Sequence record: OR493421.1
Reading direction: 5' to 3' (one strand)
Length of the DNA stretch: 64,000 nucleotides
The first letter of the stretch is position 1, and every line of letters starts with the position of its first letter. The notes under the pieces were generated by a model that saw only the letters and a program-made list of their open reading frames with translations, did not search any database and was not told the DNA's origin. Both the position numbers and the translations under genes were made by a program. This document shows positions 10,308 through 20,354 of this stretch, piece after piece.

Positions 10308-10988
10308 TTAATCTTTTTTGTAGTAAAGACCAAGACGTTCTAAGAACGAACGACGAATGTAGTTCTCCGACGTAATTTGACGGATACGATTTTCGATCGC
10401 CCAGAACTCGTAAGATGTTTCATTGACGGCAAGACGTTCTCTCGATTCTTTCAAGAAGTCAAGATCGGTCGAGTCTTCAATGTAATCTTCTTTTGGTTCA
10501 ATGACTGTCCAATCCACACCGAGATTAAACGTATACGGATCTTCCAGTGCAATCTTAAGTCGTTTCACATCACGACGAAGACAGATCGCTTTATGGAAAC
10601 GATCGTTATCAGTGGATTGATTAAGCGATTTAAACAAATCATCAACCATCGCACCAATAGCGGTATCGAAATCCTTAGCGACTAAAACGCCGTCCGCCAA
10701 TACTGAGATCCCCATAATTTTCTGCGTGTATTTAAATTTACAGAAATTATAGAAAAGATCGTTATTGACTTTAGAAGGACCTGTTACCATCCTGGCTCTT
10801 ACGTCGATAATCGTTTCTTCACACGCATCGAAGAAAGCGAGAGCTTCCATCAGAAGCTTGGCATCCAGTCGACGTTCCAGGAGCTGATGAATCTCCTTTA
10901 TACCTTCTTTAAATTGTTGAGCGTCAGCTTCCCAATCGCTGTCATGGGTCAGCGCGTTACTCAGCAATTTTTCTAGGGTTTCGTTCAT
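10308..10988 (-). CDS. hypothetical (probable virion) protein
   Basis: 226-aa ORF, overlaps upstream stop. Confidence 0.6.
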   Translation of the reverse strand: MNETLEKLLSNALTHDSDWEADAQQFKEGIKEIHQLLERRLDAKLLMEALAFFDACEETIIDVRARMVTGPSKVNNDLFYNFCKFKYTQKIMGISVLADGVLVAKDFDTAIGAMVDDLFKSLNQSTDNDRFHKAICLRRDVKRLKIALEDPYTFNLGVDWTVIEPKEDYIEDSTDLDFLKESRERLAVNETSYEFWAIENRIRQITSENYIRRSFLERLGLYYKKD

Positions 10989-12490
10989 CGTGGTTTAACC
11001 CTCACGTTGAGTCCCGCAGTTTTCGCAAAATTGTTAACAGCGGTAGTAACACCATGGAGATCGGCGTCGAGAATTTCCTGGGTGATCAAACCTGTCTTCT
11101 TGACCAGGCCAGGTTCAGGTAGAACAACAGGTTTGCTCTTACCTAACTTGTCGAGATCATATTCCCCGGCTCCCGCAGAAGCGATCAGTGTAGAGGCGAT
11201 CAGTTTAAGATCTTCTGTGACCGCTACCGCGAGGTACATATCCACGTTATTTTTCCACTTAGTGAAGTTGGCAATTTCACGGGAGATGTCAGCGCAAATA
11301 GCAGAAGACGATTCCAGAATCGCAGTAAAGTCCCTGACGGAAACAGCCATGGCCTGATAGTCTGCGATGAGTTGACGATTACCGACCACATCAGATAAAT
11401 TATTGATGAAATTGGCGTCATCCAAAGAGACCACTTCTTTTAGAACTTTAGTGTCGACGTGAGATAAATCGAACGTATTACCCGATTCAGAAATAATCCG
11501 GTTATTTAACGTTCCGATTTCCGCGTAAAGACCAGTCAGTTTTTCCGGATTGAGCTTACTGGTTGCAACCGCACGATTTCGGGCAATATTTTCTCGTAAA
11601 ACACCAAATCCCTCTTTAAGGATTTTAGAGTCATCGAGATTAACCCCATACAGTTTAGATACCACCGCAGACAAAGAAGCGACCACATCTCCATAGTCTT
11701 CGGAAATGACCATAACGTCTTTGATGGCTTTAGACAGCTCGTAAGCGTCAGCATCTCCAACTCTATTAGCGGCCAATTTCTTACGGGTGTCTTCCAGAAC
11801 AACTTTGAATCGCTTGTACCGTTTAGTCAAGCTATCGGAAGAATCTCTTAACTTACGGGTCAGTGTTGTCAGGTCAGGAATGACACCAGTGAGTGCTTTC
11901 ACCATCTCGGTTTCGTTTTTAGATTTGGCCGAAAGGTATTTAACCATTTCGACCCGATCGATACCACGAGGCGCGGATTCAACCAGCTGATCCAGGCTGT
12001 AGAAAGAAGGGTTGATTCCGAATCCAGACAGGGTGGATTTGACCTCTTTCTCCATATCGGATCTGGCGTCATCGCAAGCTTTAATCTCGGCCTTTGTCTT
12101 ACTAAAGCCCAGTAAGACTTTAATGCGTTCGATAACCCAGTTAACGGCGCCTTTGATAAACTTGATAATGAAATCAATGATCTTCAAAAAACCGTCTTTT
12201 ACAGCGGTGAGGAAAGATTCTCCCCCCAACACGGCATTACGTCTGGATGGGAGGGGATCAAAATTCTCCCCTCCTTTAACTCCAGCTAATTCCATTTCCC
12301 GTTTACCGAGAATTTTTTGGTTGATGTAACGTTCCAGGCCTTCTACAAGTTCATTGGTTTTCGTTTCACCTGTCTTCTTGTAGGCGGCGTCGAGATCGAT
12401 CAATTGTTCTTCTTGGTCTCCCGGGACCACTTTACCACCTTCACCAATTAAAGGATAGGTGGTAACAACAGGATCTTTTTTATCAGTCAT
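10985..12490 (-). CDS. internal head protein paralogue
   Basis: 501 aa; VKGGENF and LGGESFL motifs followed by 'DGFLKIIDFIIKFIKGAVNWVIERIK' amphipathic helix like the 421-aa protein. Confidence 0.65.
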   Translation of the reverse strand: MTDKKDPVVTTYPLIGEGGKVVPGDQEEQLIDLDAAYKKTGETKTNELVEGLERYINQKILGKREMELAGVKGGENFDPLPSRRNAVLGGESFLTAVKDGFLKIIDFIIKFIKGAVNWVIERIKVLLGFSKTKAEIKACDDARSDMEKEVKSTLSGFGINPSFYSLDQLVESAPRGIDRVEMVKYLSAKSKNETEMVKALTGVIPDLTTLTRKLRDSSDSLTKRYKRFKVVLEDTRKKLAANRVGDADAYELSKAIKDVMVISEDYGDVVASLSAVVSKLYGVNLDDSKILKEGFGVLRENIARNRAVATSKLNPEKLTGLYAEIGTLNNRIISESGNTFDLSHVDTKVLKEVVSLDDANFINNLSDVVGNRQLIADYQAMAVSVRDFTAILESSSAICADISREIANFTKWKNNVDMYLAVAVTEDLKLIASTLIASAGAGEYDLDKLGKSKPVVLPEPGLVKKTGLITQEILDADLHGVTTAVNNFAKTAGLNVRVKPR

Positions 12491-12881
12491 TACCGGTCAC
12501 CATCTCTCCGAACAACCAGTCCATCAATTTGATAAACTCTTCCGAACTCAGTTCATCGAAAGTTTCGTTCGCATTTTTAATTGGGGTGAACTGACCGCCA
12601 GCCAGCGCTTCGTTTTTCAGATTGCGAACGATCGCTTTGAGTTTCTCAACAATGAAAGGGCCGTTAATAGGCGAGATCTCATTCCACTTGGCCAGACGGC
12701 GGTAAATATTGGATTCGACTTCTTCGGTGTATCCGGAGAAAACATATTTGTAGGTAAACAGGTATTTTACCAGCGCACGAACATAAGCGTTCTCAACAAT
12801 ACGTTTTTGATCCGCAGGGTCAGTAACCCCCAACTCTAAGAGTTTGCTCTTCAGGGTGATGGTGTGGGCTAAATGTGACAT
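12483..12881 (-). CDS. hypothetical protein
   Basis: 132-aa ORF, GAGG RBS, coupled. Confidence 0.6.
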   Translation of the reverse strand: MSHLAHTITLKSKLLELGVTDPADQKRIVENAYVRALVKYLFTYKYVFSGYTEEVESNIYRRLAKWNEISPINGPFIVEKLKAIVRNLKNEALAGGQFTPIKNANETFDELSSEEFIKLMDWLFGEMVTGND

Positions 12882-12890
12882 GTCATACCT

Positions 12891-14216
12891 CTAGGAAAGG
12901 GAATTAAATTGTTCTGACAATACATTCGTTTTGCTGTTAGCAATAAGCGAAGTATAATGTTCGATATTGGTTAACTTAGCATCGGATCCGCTCTTTAACC
13001 ACATCCACATCGATTGGAAAACGGAACCCTCAATGAAGGGTTTGTTCTCATCAATGAGTTTCTGAGTTTCGATAATCTGACCCAAGTACTTTTGTTTATC
13101 TTGAGCTGAAATAAATTTATTATCTTTCAGCTTGCCGATCATCTGAGTAAGAATGTCGGTCATTCTACGGTGTTCTGAATTATAGACATCCGGCGTATTG
13201 TTACCCATGTAAAAAAGCAAGGAGAAGACTACTAGGGCGCCGACGCCCATGATACCGCCGACGGTAAGAGAAAGAGAAGCGCTGTAAAACGCAGTCATGA
13301 GGGACAACAGCAAAGTAAGTACAAGCTGACCTAAATGACTGTTCTTAGTTATTGACCCTATTGCCACGGCAAGAGATCGTCCGCACCCCATTCTGACCGA
13401 ATAAGCGTCCGCAACAACCTCAGAGTTCATCTTAGTGACGCCCAAGCTTAAACTGCGTTTGAGGTTACGTTGCGAGGCTATCTTGGACAGAAAAATAACG
13501 AATTCATTACCGTCTTCGGCGTTCGCGATTTCGCTTTCGATTTTCTGATCGGATTTAGCATCTGGGTCGAGTAACCGGTAACCATCCTTTATTACGGTAA
13601 CGCGATCTTTAGGCGTTTTAGCTCGAGTAAAGAAATCAACCGCTGTTCTTACGGTGATGGCATCGTAAACGGATTGATGGATCATCATGATCGCACCAAA
13701 TGCGTGACCCAACTCATGAATAAATGCAGCGGCTAACGCCTGACCGTGACTAGCCTTGTACTTGTCCAGGAACGATTTGGATAAAAACGTATTAAGGCGA
13801 GAATTAACAAATAGGCGGAAGGGTAGTTCGGCGTAAGCACCGCCGACAGATCCCGTTTGATAATCTATTGTACCTTTAAAGAACGTTTGTTTATTTCCGG
13901 TAAACCAACGGTACAAAGTAGACTCAGACCGAGGAAGATATTTTTCAATATCCTCAATATTGAACACATTATTGGGATTTAAATACCCGGCTTCAATAGC
14001 AAGATTGCCCACCTCTACCAAATTAATTTCGATATTGCTAAATCCGGTATACTTGCGCACAAGCCCAAGAACCTCATCAGGAATTTCCGTTAATACACCC
14101 TCGGTAATTACGTCATCAAAGGCCCCGCTGAGTTCGTCGAAGAAATTGGTGTATTGGAAATCCATAAACTCCATCCCACCCACCTTAGCGGGACGAAGAA
14201 AACTGATGTCAATCAT
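12891..14216 (-). CDS. zincin-like (HExxH) metallopeptidase-domain virion protein with hydrophobic hairpin
   Basis: FIHELGH, downstream 'SEVVADAYSVRMG', long hydrophobic segment LVLTLLLSL...VFSLLFY. Confidence 0.6.
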   Translation of the reverse strand: MIDISFLRPAKVGGMEFMDFQYTNFFDELSGAFDDVITEGVLTEIPDEVLGLVRKYTGFSNIEINLVEVGNLAIEAGYLNPNNVFNIEDIEKYLPRSESTLYRWFTGNKQTFFKGTIDYQTGSVGGAYAELPFRLFVNSRLNTFLSKSFLDKYKASHGQALAAAFIHELGHAFGAIMMIHQSVYDAITVRTAVDFFTRAKTPKDRVTVIKDGYRLLDPDAKSDQKIESEIANAEDGNEFVIFLSKIASQRNLKRSLSLGVTKMNSEVVADAYSVRMGCGRSLAVAIGSITKNSHLGQLVLTLLLSLMTAFYSASLSLTVGGIMGVGALVVFSLLFYMGNNTPDVYNSEHRRMTDILTQMIGKLKDNKFISAQDKQKYLGQIIETQKLIDENKPFIEGSVFQSMWMWLKSGSDAKLTNIEHYTSLIANSKTNVLSEQFNSLS

Positions 14217-14294
14217 TTAATAGAGCCTCTGTTAAAAATAACTATAAGCGTAATTGTTTAGAGAACTTCAACATTCATAAAATGTGGTGAGCCC

Positions 14295-16016
14295 ATGATT
14301 ACACTAGGATCGGGAGAAAAAAATGACTCTCCCATCATTGGAAAAGTTTGTAAAAAAGTTGCATACAGCACATCACGGTACGACAAATTAAAAGACTATA
14401 ACCTGGTTAAAATAACCAATGTCCATGAAGACGGGTCTCGATCTGATTCGCTGATAGGTATTCCTGATCTCGTTGTCGACTTTTATATCACGAAAGAAAA
14501 ATTCCGTAAGTTTAAAGATAAGAAAGACTACATCGACAAACGATTATGCGATAGTTTTAAAAGCACACGTGCTCGTATGGCGATGAATATCAGCCGAATC
14601 CTCTACGGTGTGCCTGATAAAAAAGCCGACCTGCTGACTATGAAGAACTCTCCATATGTCTACGGTTGTGAGCAAACCACTCCGGTACTCATAAAGAACT
14701 ACTATTTCAGGACACAGGCAAAATACCAAGAGACAGAGTCTTATACCACGGCAGCTTATGACGTAGAAACAAACATGATCAACAATAATGATGACTCTAT
14801 CATTATGGCGTCGACCACGTTTAAAGAGAAGATTTACTTCTCAGCAGTTCGTTGGATTTTTAATGGAATGTCAGATAAGAAGATTATCGAAACTTTGAAA
14901 TCTGAAGCTGAACGACTGTTAGGGGATGTTTTAAAACGACGTAACGCGACTGTGATTTGGGAGCTCTTTGACAACCAAGCTCAAGTAGTAGAAAGTAACG
15001 TCGCACGTTGGCATGACTGGCATCCAGATTGGATAGCGTCTTGGAACGCCAAGTTCGATATGGAGAAGAACGAGGAAGCGTTACTCGCTTACAACATTGA
15101 TCCGGCTGCGGTTTATAGCGACCCAAATGTCCCAGAAGAATTCCAAAATTATTGGTTCAATAAAGGAAGAACCCATAAGGTCAAGGAGAACGGTGATAAA
15201 CAACCTCTGGAGTGGCAAGAAAGTTTCCCTACCGTTCAAGCTATGTCGTCATGGCAATGGTTGGACGCCGCATCCTTCTATGCGATTAAACGCGCTCCTC
15301 AGGGTAAGAAGGATTCTTATGGATTGGAATTCACCGCTCAAGATAATGGGATAGAAGGTAAACTCTATACCGAATCGGGTAGTCACTTACCAGCAGGTTC
15401 TCCCGACTGGCACCGTTACATGCAAAAGAATCATATCTTTGAATATTGCATATACAACATCAAAGATAACATCACGATAGAAGAACTTAACGAAAAGACG
15501 GACGACTTAAGTCTCTCGTTACCTATGCTTTTGAAATCGTCTGAATTCTTTAACTATCCTAGTCAGCCGAAATGTATTTCCGACGAACTGTCTTTTGTTG
15601 CCAAAGACAATGGTTACGTTTGGGGTACTCGCGGAACGACAAGCAAAGATGAACTTGATGATCTTAAACCAGATCTTAAAGATTGGATTGCGTTGTTGGA
15701 GACTGAAAAGAATGAGGACATGGGTAAAGCGCTCTTTATCGGCATGCCGGGTATCAGAAGTCGTGGTCGTGGTTTGACTGATGATATCGACGTTACTGGT
15801 GCTTATCCAACCGCAACAGTGGCGCTGAACGTATCAAATAAAACAACACGTATGGAAGCGTGTAAAATTGAAGGGTTGAACCGATTCCAATTCAGGGAAG
15901 TCGGAGTCAACTACGCCAGCAGTCCTAAAGCAAATGCGTTGAGTCTCTGCACTACACTTCACAGATTCCCAACCATTACTGAGATCGAAAAAGTTTACAA
16001 TAAACTTGTAGCATAA
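14295..16016 (+). CDS. split family-B DNA polymerase, exonuclease + motif A subunit (phiKZ gp82-like)
   Basis: ExoI YDVET, ExoII WNAKFD, ExoIII YNIKD, motif A DVTGAYPT. Confidence 0.85.
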   Translation: MITLGSGEKNDSPIIGKVCKKVAYSTSRYDKLKDYNLVKITNVHEDGSRSDSLIGIPDLVVDFYITKEKFRKFKDKKDYIDKRLCDSFKSTRARMAMNISRILYGVPDKKADLLTMKNSPYVYGCEQTTPVLIKNYYFRTQAKYQETESYTTAAYDVETNMINNNDDSIIMASTTFKEKIYFSAVRWIFNGMSDKKIIETLKSEAERLLGDVLKRRNATVIWELFDNQAQVVESNVARWHDWHPDWIASWNAKFDMEKNEEALLAYNIDPAAVYSDPNVPEEFQNYWFNKGRTHKVKENGDKQPLEWQESFPTVQAMSSWQWLDAASFYAIKRAPQGKKDSYGLEFTAQDNGIEGKLYTESGSHLPAGSPDWHRYMQKNHIFEYCIYNIKDNITIEELNEKTDDLSLSLPMLLKSSEFFNYPSQPKCISDELSFVAKDNGYVWGTRGTTSKDELDDLKPDLKDWIALLETEKNEDMGKALFIGMPGIRSRGRGLTDDIDVTGAYPTATVALNVSNKTTRMEACKIEGLNRFQFREVGVNYASSPKANALSLCTTLHRFPTITEIEKVYNKLVA

Positions 16017-16017
16017 A

Positions 16018-16051
16018 TACTACTCCTACCGCCTTGGCGGTAGGAGTAGTA
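16018..16051. terminator. bidirectional terminator
   Basis: TACTACTCCTACCGCC-TT-GGCGGTAGGAGTAGTA between convergent genes. Confidence 0.8.
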
Positions 16052-16060
16052 GTAGTAGTA

Positions 16061-16642
16061 TTAACCGTAATTACGGTTGAAGTAATTCTGGATATTCGTA
16101 GCGGCTTTAGTTGTATAGCCAGAAGATAGACTAACAATATCCACCATCTTACCGATCCGAGAACGATTACGCAGGTTTTGAGACAGGGTGTACAGAGCCG
16201 ACATGTAACGCATGTAACGTTCAGCTGCCTTCTTAGAATAGTCGCCTTGAACATAATAAAACAGTTCGTACAGACGCTTTTCGTTGAAGGCTTCTTTGTT
16301 ATCACGCATTAAAAGAACCAACGCATCGGTGGTTAACACGTAATCTTTAAACTCAAGATTCATCGTGTTACTCACTGTGTTCATAAACGCAGCCTGCTCT
16401 TCTTTGAGCTGGGATTTGTTAAGAACAAGGTTACCGGCTAATACGTTTTTATAGCGCGTCAGGGCCTCTACGAAAACGTCAGTCACTGCGTTACTTTTAG
16501 AACCCACCATCTCACTGGCAAGGACGACGGTAGGAACATTTTCTTTTTCTAAGGTGATTTGTTGCTGAACTGCTTCTTCGGTTTCTTCGATCACCTTATT
16601 GGTTGGCGTGATAGAAGTACTTGAAGGTTTGGAATAAGACAT
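16061..16642 (-). CDS. hypothetical protein
   Basis: 193-aa ORF with AGGA RBS. Confidence 0.65.
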   Translation of the reverse strand: MSYSKPSSTSITPTNKVIEETEEAVQQQITLEKENVPTVVLASEMVGSKSNAVTDVFVEALTRYKNVLAGNLVLNKSQLKEEQAAFMNTVSNTMNLEFKDYVLTTDALVLLMRDNKEAFNEKRLYELFYYVQGDYSKKAAERYMRYMSALYTLSQNLRNRSRIGKMVDIVSLSSGYTTKAATNIQNYFNRNYG

Positions 16643-16647
16643 AATCG

Positions 16648-17037
16648 CTATCCTTTACCTAATAGGTTTTTCATGACTTTTTCGACCTCACTGGCTTCCG
16701 GCTCAGCTTTATCTTTATTGAGCCTGATTTCATCTTTTAATCTGGAATCGGCCCCTAAACGAATGTACTTCATCGCCTTATCCAAAAGGTAAGCTTCCAT
16801 GTTTAAGTATTCGTTTAACGTAAAGATTTCTTTTAGGCGGAAATAACCGTAGTCGTAAAAGCGACGTTGAAGACTGAACGGGTGAGTATACTCATGCTCT
16901 TCCTCTACCCAACTGATAGGATCGAAGGGAGTCATTTTACTCAGCCCCACATACCCCATGCCGATACGATTTAATTTGCTATCGATGACGTTGAGTTCTG
17001 TGCGGGTGATCGTTTTAATAGACTTCCCTAAGAACAT
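16648..17037 (-). CDS. hypothetical protein
   Basis: 129-aa ORF. Confidence 0.6.
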   Translation of the reverse strand: MFLGKSIKTITRTELNVIDSKLNRIGMGYVGLSKMTPFDPISWVEEEHEYTHPFSLQRRFYDYGYFRLKEIFTLNEYLNMEAYLLDKAMKYIRLGADSRLKDEIRLNKDKAEPEASEVEKVMKNLLGKG

Positions 17038-17084
17038 TTTACTCGCCTGCAGATAATCAGGCGAGTTAGTAAAGGTAGTTAGCT

Positions 17085-18701
17085 CTAAGGGGTTGCGTCG
17101 AGACCGCTTAGATTCACCACCCGATCCATAAACATCAACTGGGTTAGGGTAAAAAAAGCCATAAGCGGATCGATAGGGGTGATGCCTTTATAAGTGATAC
17201 CGCTTTCAGAACTTGATTTCGCGCAACGAGGGCAATGATAGTTCGGAACCCCGATGATGGTGAGTGTCATCGATGGACCGATACGGTTGATCTTTTTGAT
17301 GAGTTCTTGGGAAAGTTCAACATCGCTATCGAGGATATCAAAGAGACCTTCATTAAACTCACGAGACCCACCTTCACCTAAACGATCATACTTAGTAGGC
17401 GCGCCGTCTGTGCCGCTCTCCGGGTTAATCACGTAGGATTTAACCCAATGGGCGTATTCGCTACCGGCGATACTCTGGATGAGGTTAGCCAGAGCAACGG
17501 CATACTCCTGATCGTTGATGGTGTTAGCGCGCAATTGCTGAATCGAAGGGATGACTTTATCGACGAACATGTCGAAGGTTTCAAACGCAACAGACAGCGT
17601 TGGAGGAGCGATTTCGAAATACTGCCGGCCTTCGTCGAACATCAATTTGGTATCGAAATCGTACTTGGTCTTATTCTGAAGCTTAGTAATCTCTTCACGG
17701 GAATAACGCTGAACCCCGTTAACGATATTACCCAGAGCGATAGACTGCTCTTCTGAAAGATTCTCAGGAATAGGACGAAGCAAGAGAGAAGGATCTATAA
17801 CCTGATACTCTTCCCAGTCGCAGTTGTTCGCAAGACACTCGAGTTGGAAATTCACACCCTTAGACGACGATGCGGAAAGTAACGAGATGCAAAGCGCACC
17901 AAAGTCACTCCAAAGGATGTTGTTAGCGAGATCGTAATAATCGTCGGTATCTTTGACGGAGCAGGATACGATGCGATCAGAAACGAATTTCCAAATAACC
18001 CGAGCGATAGAAATACGAGCGAGAGTTAATGAGTTACCATTAACCTGACGAACGTAGTTTTTCACTTCGAGCTGAATGTCTTCCAGCAGACGCCCCAGTT
18101 CCAGAATGGTTGGGCGGGAAATACGTAACTGAATAAATGAGTTACGCAGGAGAACGTCGAAGTTTTCCGCTTCGTTAGTGGTGCGACGGAAATGGCGGCG
18201 CATCATATCGCGCATAGGGAGCTTTTTACCCAACCCTGGTGCGCGGCCAACGATGTCTCCCTCGACGATACCCTGGGCTTTTAAAGAGACGTTAGTCGTT
18301 TTCGCCCCATTAACGGTTTCGTTCCGGCGGTACAGATTTTCAGTGAAGTTGGTTGCGAAGCTGTAGTATGACTGAGCCAGCTCGTTAACCTCTTCTTCTG
18401 TTTTGTTCGGGTACTGTTCTTTGAGATACCCGAAGTATTTGTCTTTAACCGCGTTAATCTGGGCCGGTTTGGCGTTTGGCTCGTTAAGGGTAAAGTTGTA
18501 CTCCAACCACCTTGAGATAAGCCCAGAGAGTTTCTTGTACTCTTCTGAGTCAACGCCTAAGAAGACCTTAATGAAATTATTATCTTCTTTTGGATCGAAC
18601 ACCCCCAACTTGAGATCTTTGGGTTCCTGGAACTGACTCATCGTGTGGTTGTTCTTGTCGTGCGCCGTCCCTTGGGCCGGAATGTTGTTTTCTTCAGACA
18701 T
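17085..18701 (-). CDS. conserved jumbo-phage protein with two Cys pairs, possibly baseplate hub (T4 gp26-like)
   Basis: 538 aa; CLANNC and HCPRC potential zinc ligands; hub assignment is inference. Confidence 0.45.
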   Translation of the reverse strand: MSEENNIPAQGTAHDKNNHTMSQFQEPKDLKLGVFDPKEDNNFIKVFLGVDSEEYKKLSGLISRWLEYNFTLNEPNAKPAQINAVKDKYFGYLKEQYPNKTEEEVNELAQSYYSFATNFTENLYRRNETVNGAKTTNVSLKAQGIVEGDIVGRAPGLGKKLPMRDMMRRHFRRTTNEAENFDVLLRNSFIQLRISRPTILELGRLLEDIQLEVKNYVRQVNGNSLTLARISIARVIWKFVSDRIVSCSVKDTDDYYDLANNILWSDFGALCISLLSASSSKGVNFQLECLANNCDWEEYQVIDPSLLLRPIPENLSEEQSIALGNIVNGVQRYSREEITKLQNKTKYDFDTKLMFDEGRQYFEIAPPTLSVAFETFDMFVDKVIPSIQQLRANTINDQEYAVALANLIQSIAGSEYAHWVKSYVINPESGTDGAPTKYDRLGEGGSREFNEGLFDILDSDVELSQELIKKINRIGPSMTLTIIGVPNYHCPRCAKSSSESGITYKGITPIDPLMAFFTLTQLMFMDRVVNLSGLDATP

Positions 18702-18718
18702 AAATATCGGTCCTATGA

Positions 18719-19426
18719 TTAAACGGTTTCAGTTTCTTCTACAGGCGCTGGGGTCCCGTAAAGCGGCATGATTTTCATCATCCGTTTCTGGTGAATTTTG
18801 GAGACCTGTTCGAATTCGGTAGCGTCCGGATAGTCGGCTTTCACCGCATCGATGATCTCAGCCATTTTCTTATTAATGACTGATTTCATATCTTCGGTTA
18901 ATTCGATGAGTCGAGGGTAGCTATCGGACATGATACCGATAGTGCTGGCCATAAAGCTAATGGCCATATCGACGTAATCTTCCGGAATGAGTTCGGTGTG
19001 GCTGAGCGCAATAACAGCGTTAGCGTCTTCCATCCAACGCACAGTCAATTCGTCGCATTCCTTGACTTTATCAGAGATGGAATTATCAGGATCTTCGATA
19101 AGCCCTTCATCTAAACATTCGGCAATGCCTTCCACAAGAGCGTGAGAGATAATGAGCTGTTGAATATTTTCATCCACTAACTCGATAAGCTGCTTGGTCT
19201 TAAGCTCTCCCGATTTAACACCCTTAGCTTTGGCGCTGGCAGCAGCCAGTAATTGAACACTGGAGACATCCCCGGCTTTCGCCATAGCAGTGACCGTTTC
19301 AATCATTTTTCTTTCTTTCTGCTTCTTAGTTAAAACGATCTTCTTTCCGCTGCAGTTTTTCTTGCGCTGAGTATTTTTGATCGCTTTCTTTTGACTAGCC
19401 TTGGCTTTCTGCTGGCTACTACGCAT
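18719..19426 (-). CDS. hypothetical protein with Lys/Gln-rich basic N-terminus
   Basis: ORF track 18719-19447; AGGAG RBS favours start at 19426 (MRSSQQK). Confidence 0.6.
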   Translation of the reverse strand: MRSSQQKAKASQKKAIKNTQRKKNCSGKKIVLTKKQKERKMIETVTAMAKAGDVSSVQLLAAASAKAKGVKSGELKTKQLIELVDENIQQLIISHALVEGIAECLDEGLIEDPDNSISDKVKECDELTVRWMEDANAVIALSHTELIPEDYVDMAISFMASTIGIMSDSYPRLIELTEDMKSVINKKMAEIIDAVKADYPDATEFEQVSKIHQKRMMKIMPLYGTPAPVEETETV

Positions 19427-19469
19427 TTTATGTCTCCTATTACCCACGACCTTTAGCAGGGGTTAAACC

Positions 19470-20354
19470 ATGATTTTTGAAAAACGAGCAATAGACCTCA
19501 CTGAAGCCAGTATCCTGACATCTGAGTTAGGAGAAACCTGGTTGGCCTTTGCTAAATCTATTACCGAATTTAATTTCAATACATTCGATAAAGCGTATAA
19601 TTTAATTGCGATTAGTCAGGAAGAAACAACCGTACAAAACCAAATCCTGGAAATACTCATTGACGAAGGAATGACGGTTACAGAACAGACTAACGCAGTA
19701 AGGGATATCCTCATTGCTAATAGTATTCAAATCATTACAGAACTTGGCATTGAGATTGATAAAGATCAGATCACCATAGACCATCTTCCCCTACTCACTA
19801 ATATCATCGACGTCGCTTATATTTTGGATGGTTACGAGGATCTTCTGTCCTTGAGTGTTATTTTGGAAGCGGCTGACTTAGAAACAAAAGATCGTTTCAT
19901 AATGGTGATCGAAAAACTCCTTGATCTGGAAGACACCAGCCTGTACGAAATGATTATCTCTGACGTCTCTGAACATCTGTTAGAGGTTTTAAGAACGTCG
20001 TTGATTAATCCTGATGCCGACATTGAGGTTCCTCAATATGTCAGCGACAGAGTCAGGGGTAATAAAGAATTCTTACGCGGAACGTTGGCGTGGGAACACG
20101 TTGTTAGCGCGGGCAAATTAGGTATCGGGTGGTTGGTTATTTACAAGTACTACCTTGATCGACTCAACGAGATGAAAGAGACTGAACCTAAAAAATACAT
20201 TAAAGAAATCATTTGTTTGATGCTGTGCAGCGGGATTACCAATGAGAGTTTCCTCGATAAACTCTCTGCTCGCTTAGGAGAAGATTTCTCTGATGTGGAA
20301 AGTCTGTACTACGCTGACGGATTAGTGAAAAAGCTGGGGTTAACCAATGAATAA
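19470..20354 (+). CDS. hypothetical acidic helical protein, coupled to vRNAP gene
   Basis: 294-aa ORF overlapping the vRNAP start. Confidence 0.65.
   Translation: MIFEKRAIDLTEASILTSELGETWLAFAKSITEFNFNTFDKAYNLIAISQEETTVQNQILEILIDEGMTVTEQTNAVRDILIANSIQIITELGIEIDKDQITIDHLPLLTNIIDVAYILDGYEDLLSLSVILEAADLETKDRFIMVIEKLLDLEDTSLYEMIISDVSEHLLEVLRTSLINPDADIEVPQYVSDRVRGNKEFLRGTLAWEHVVSAGKLGIGWLVIYKYYLDRLNEMKETEPKKYIKEIICLMLCSGITNESFLDKLSARLGEDFSDVESLYYADGLVKKLGLTNE

Noticed and set aside
16044-16062. (GTA)n microsatellite
   Set aside because: Short extension of the terminator arm; no evidence of phase variation.
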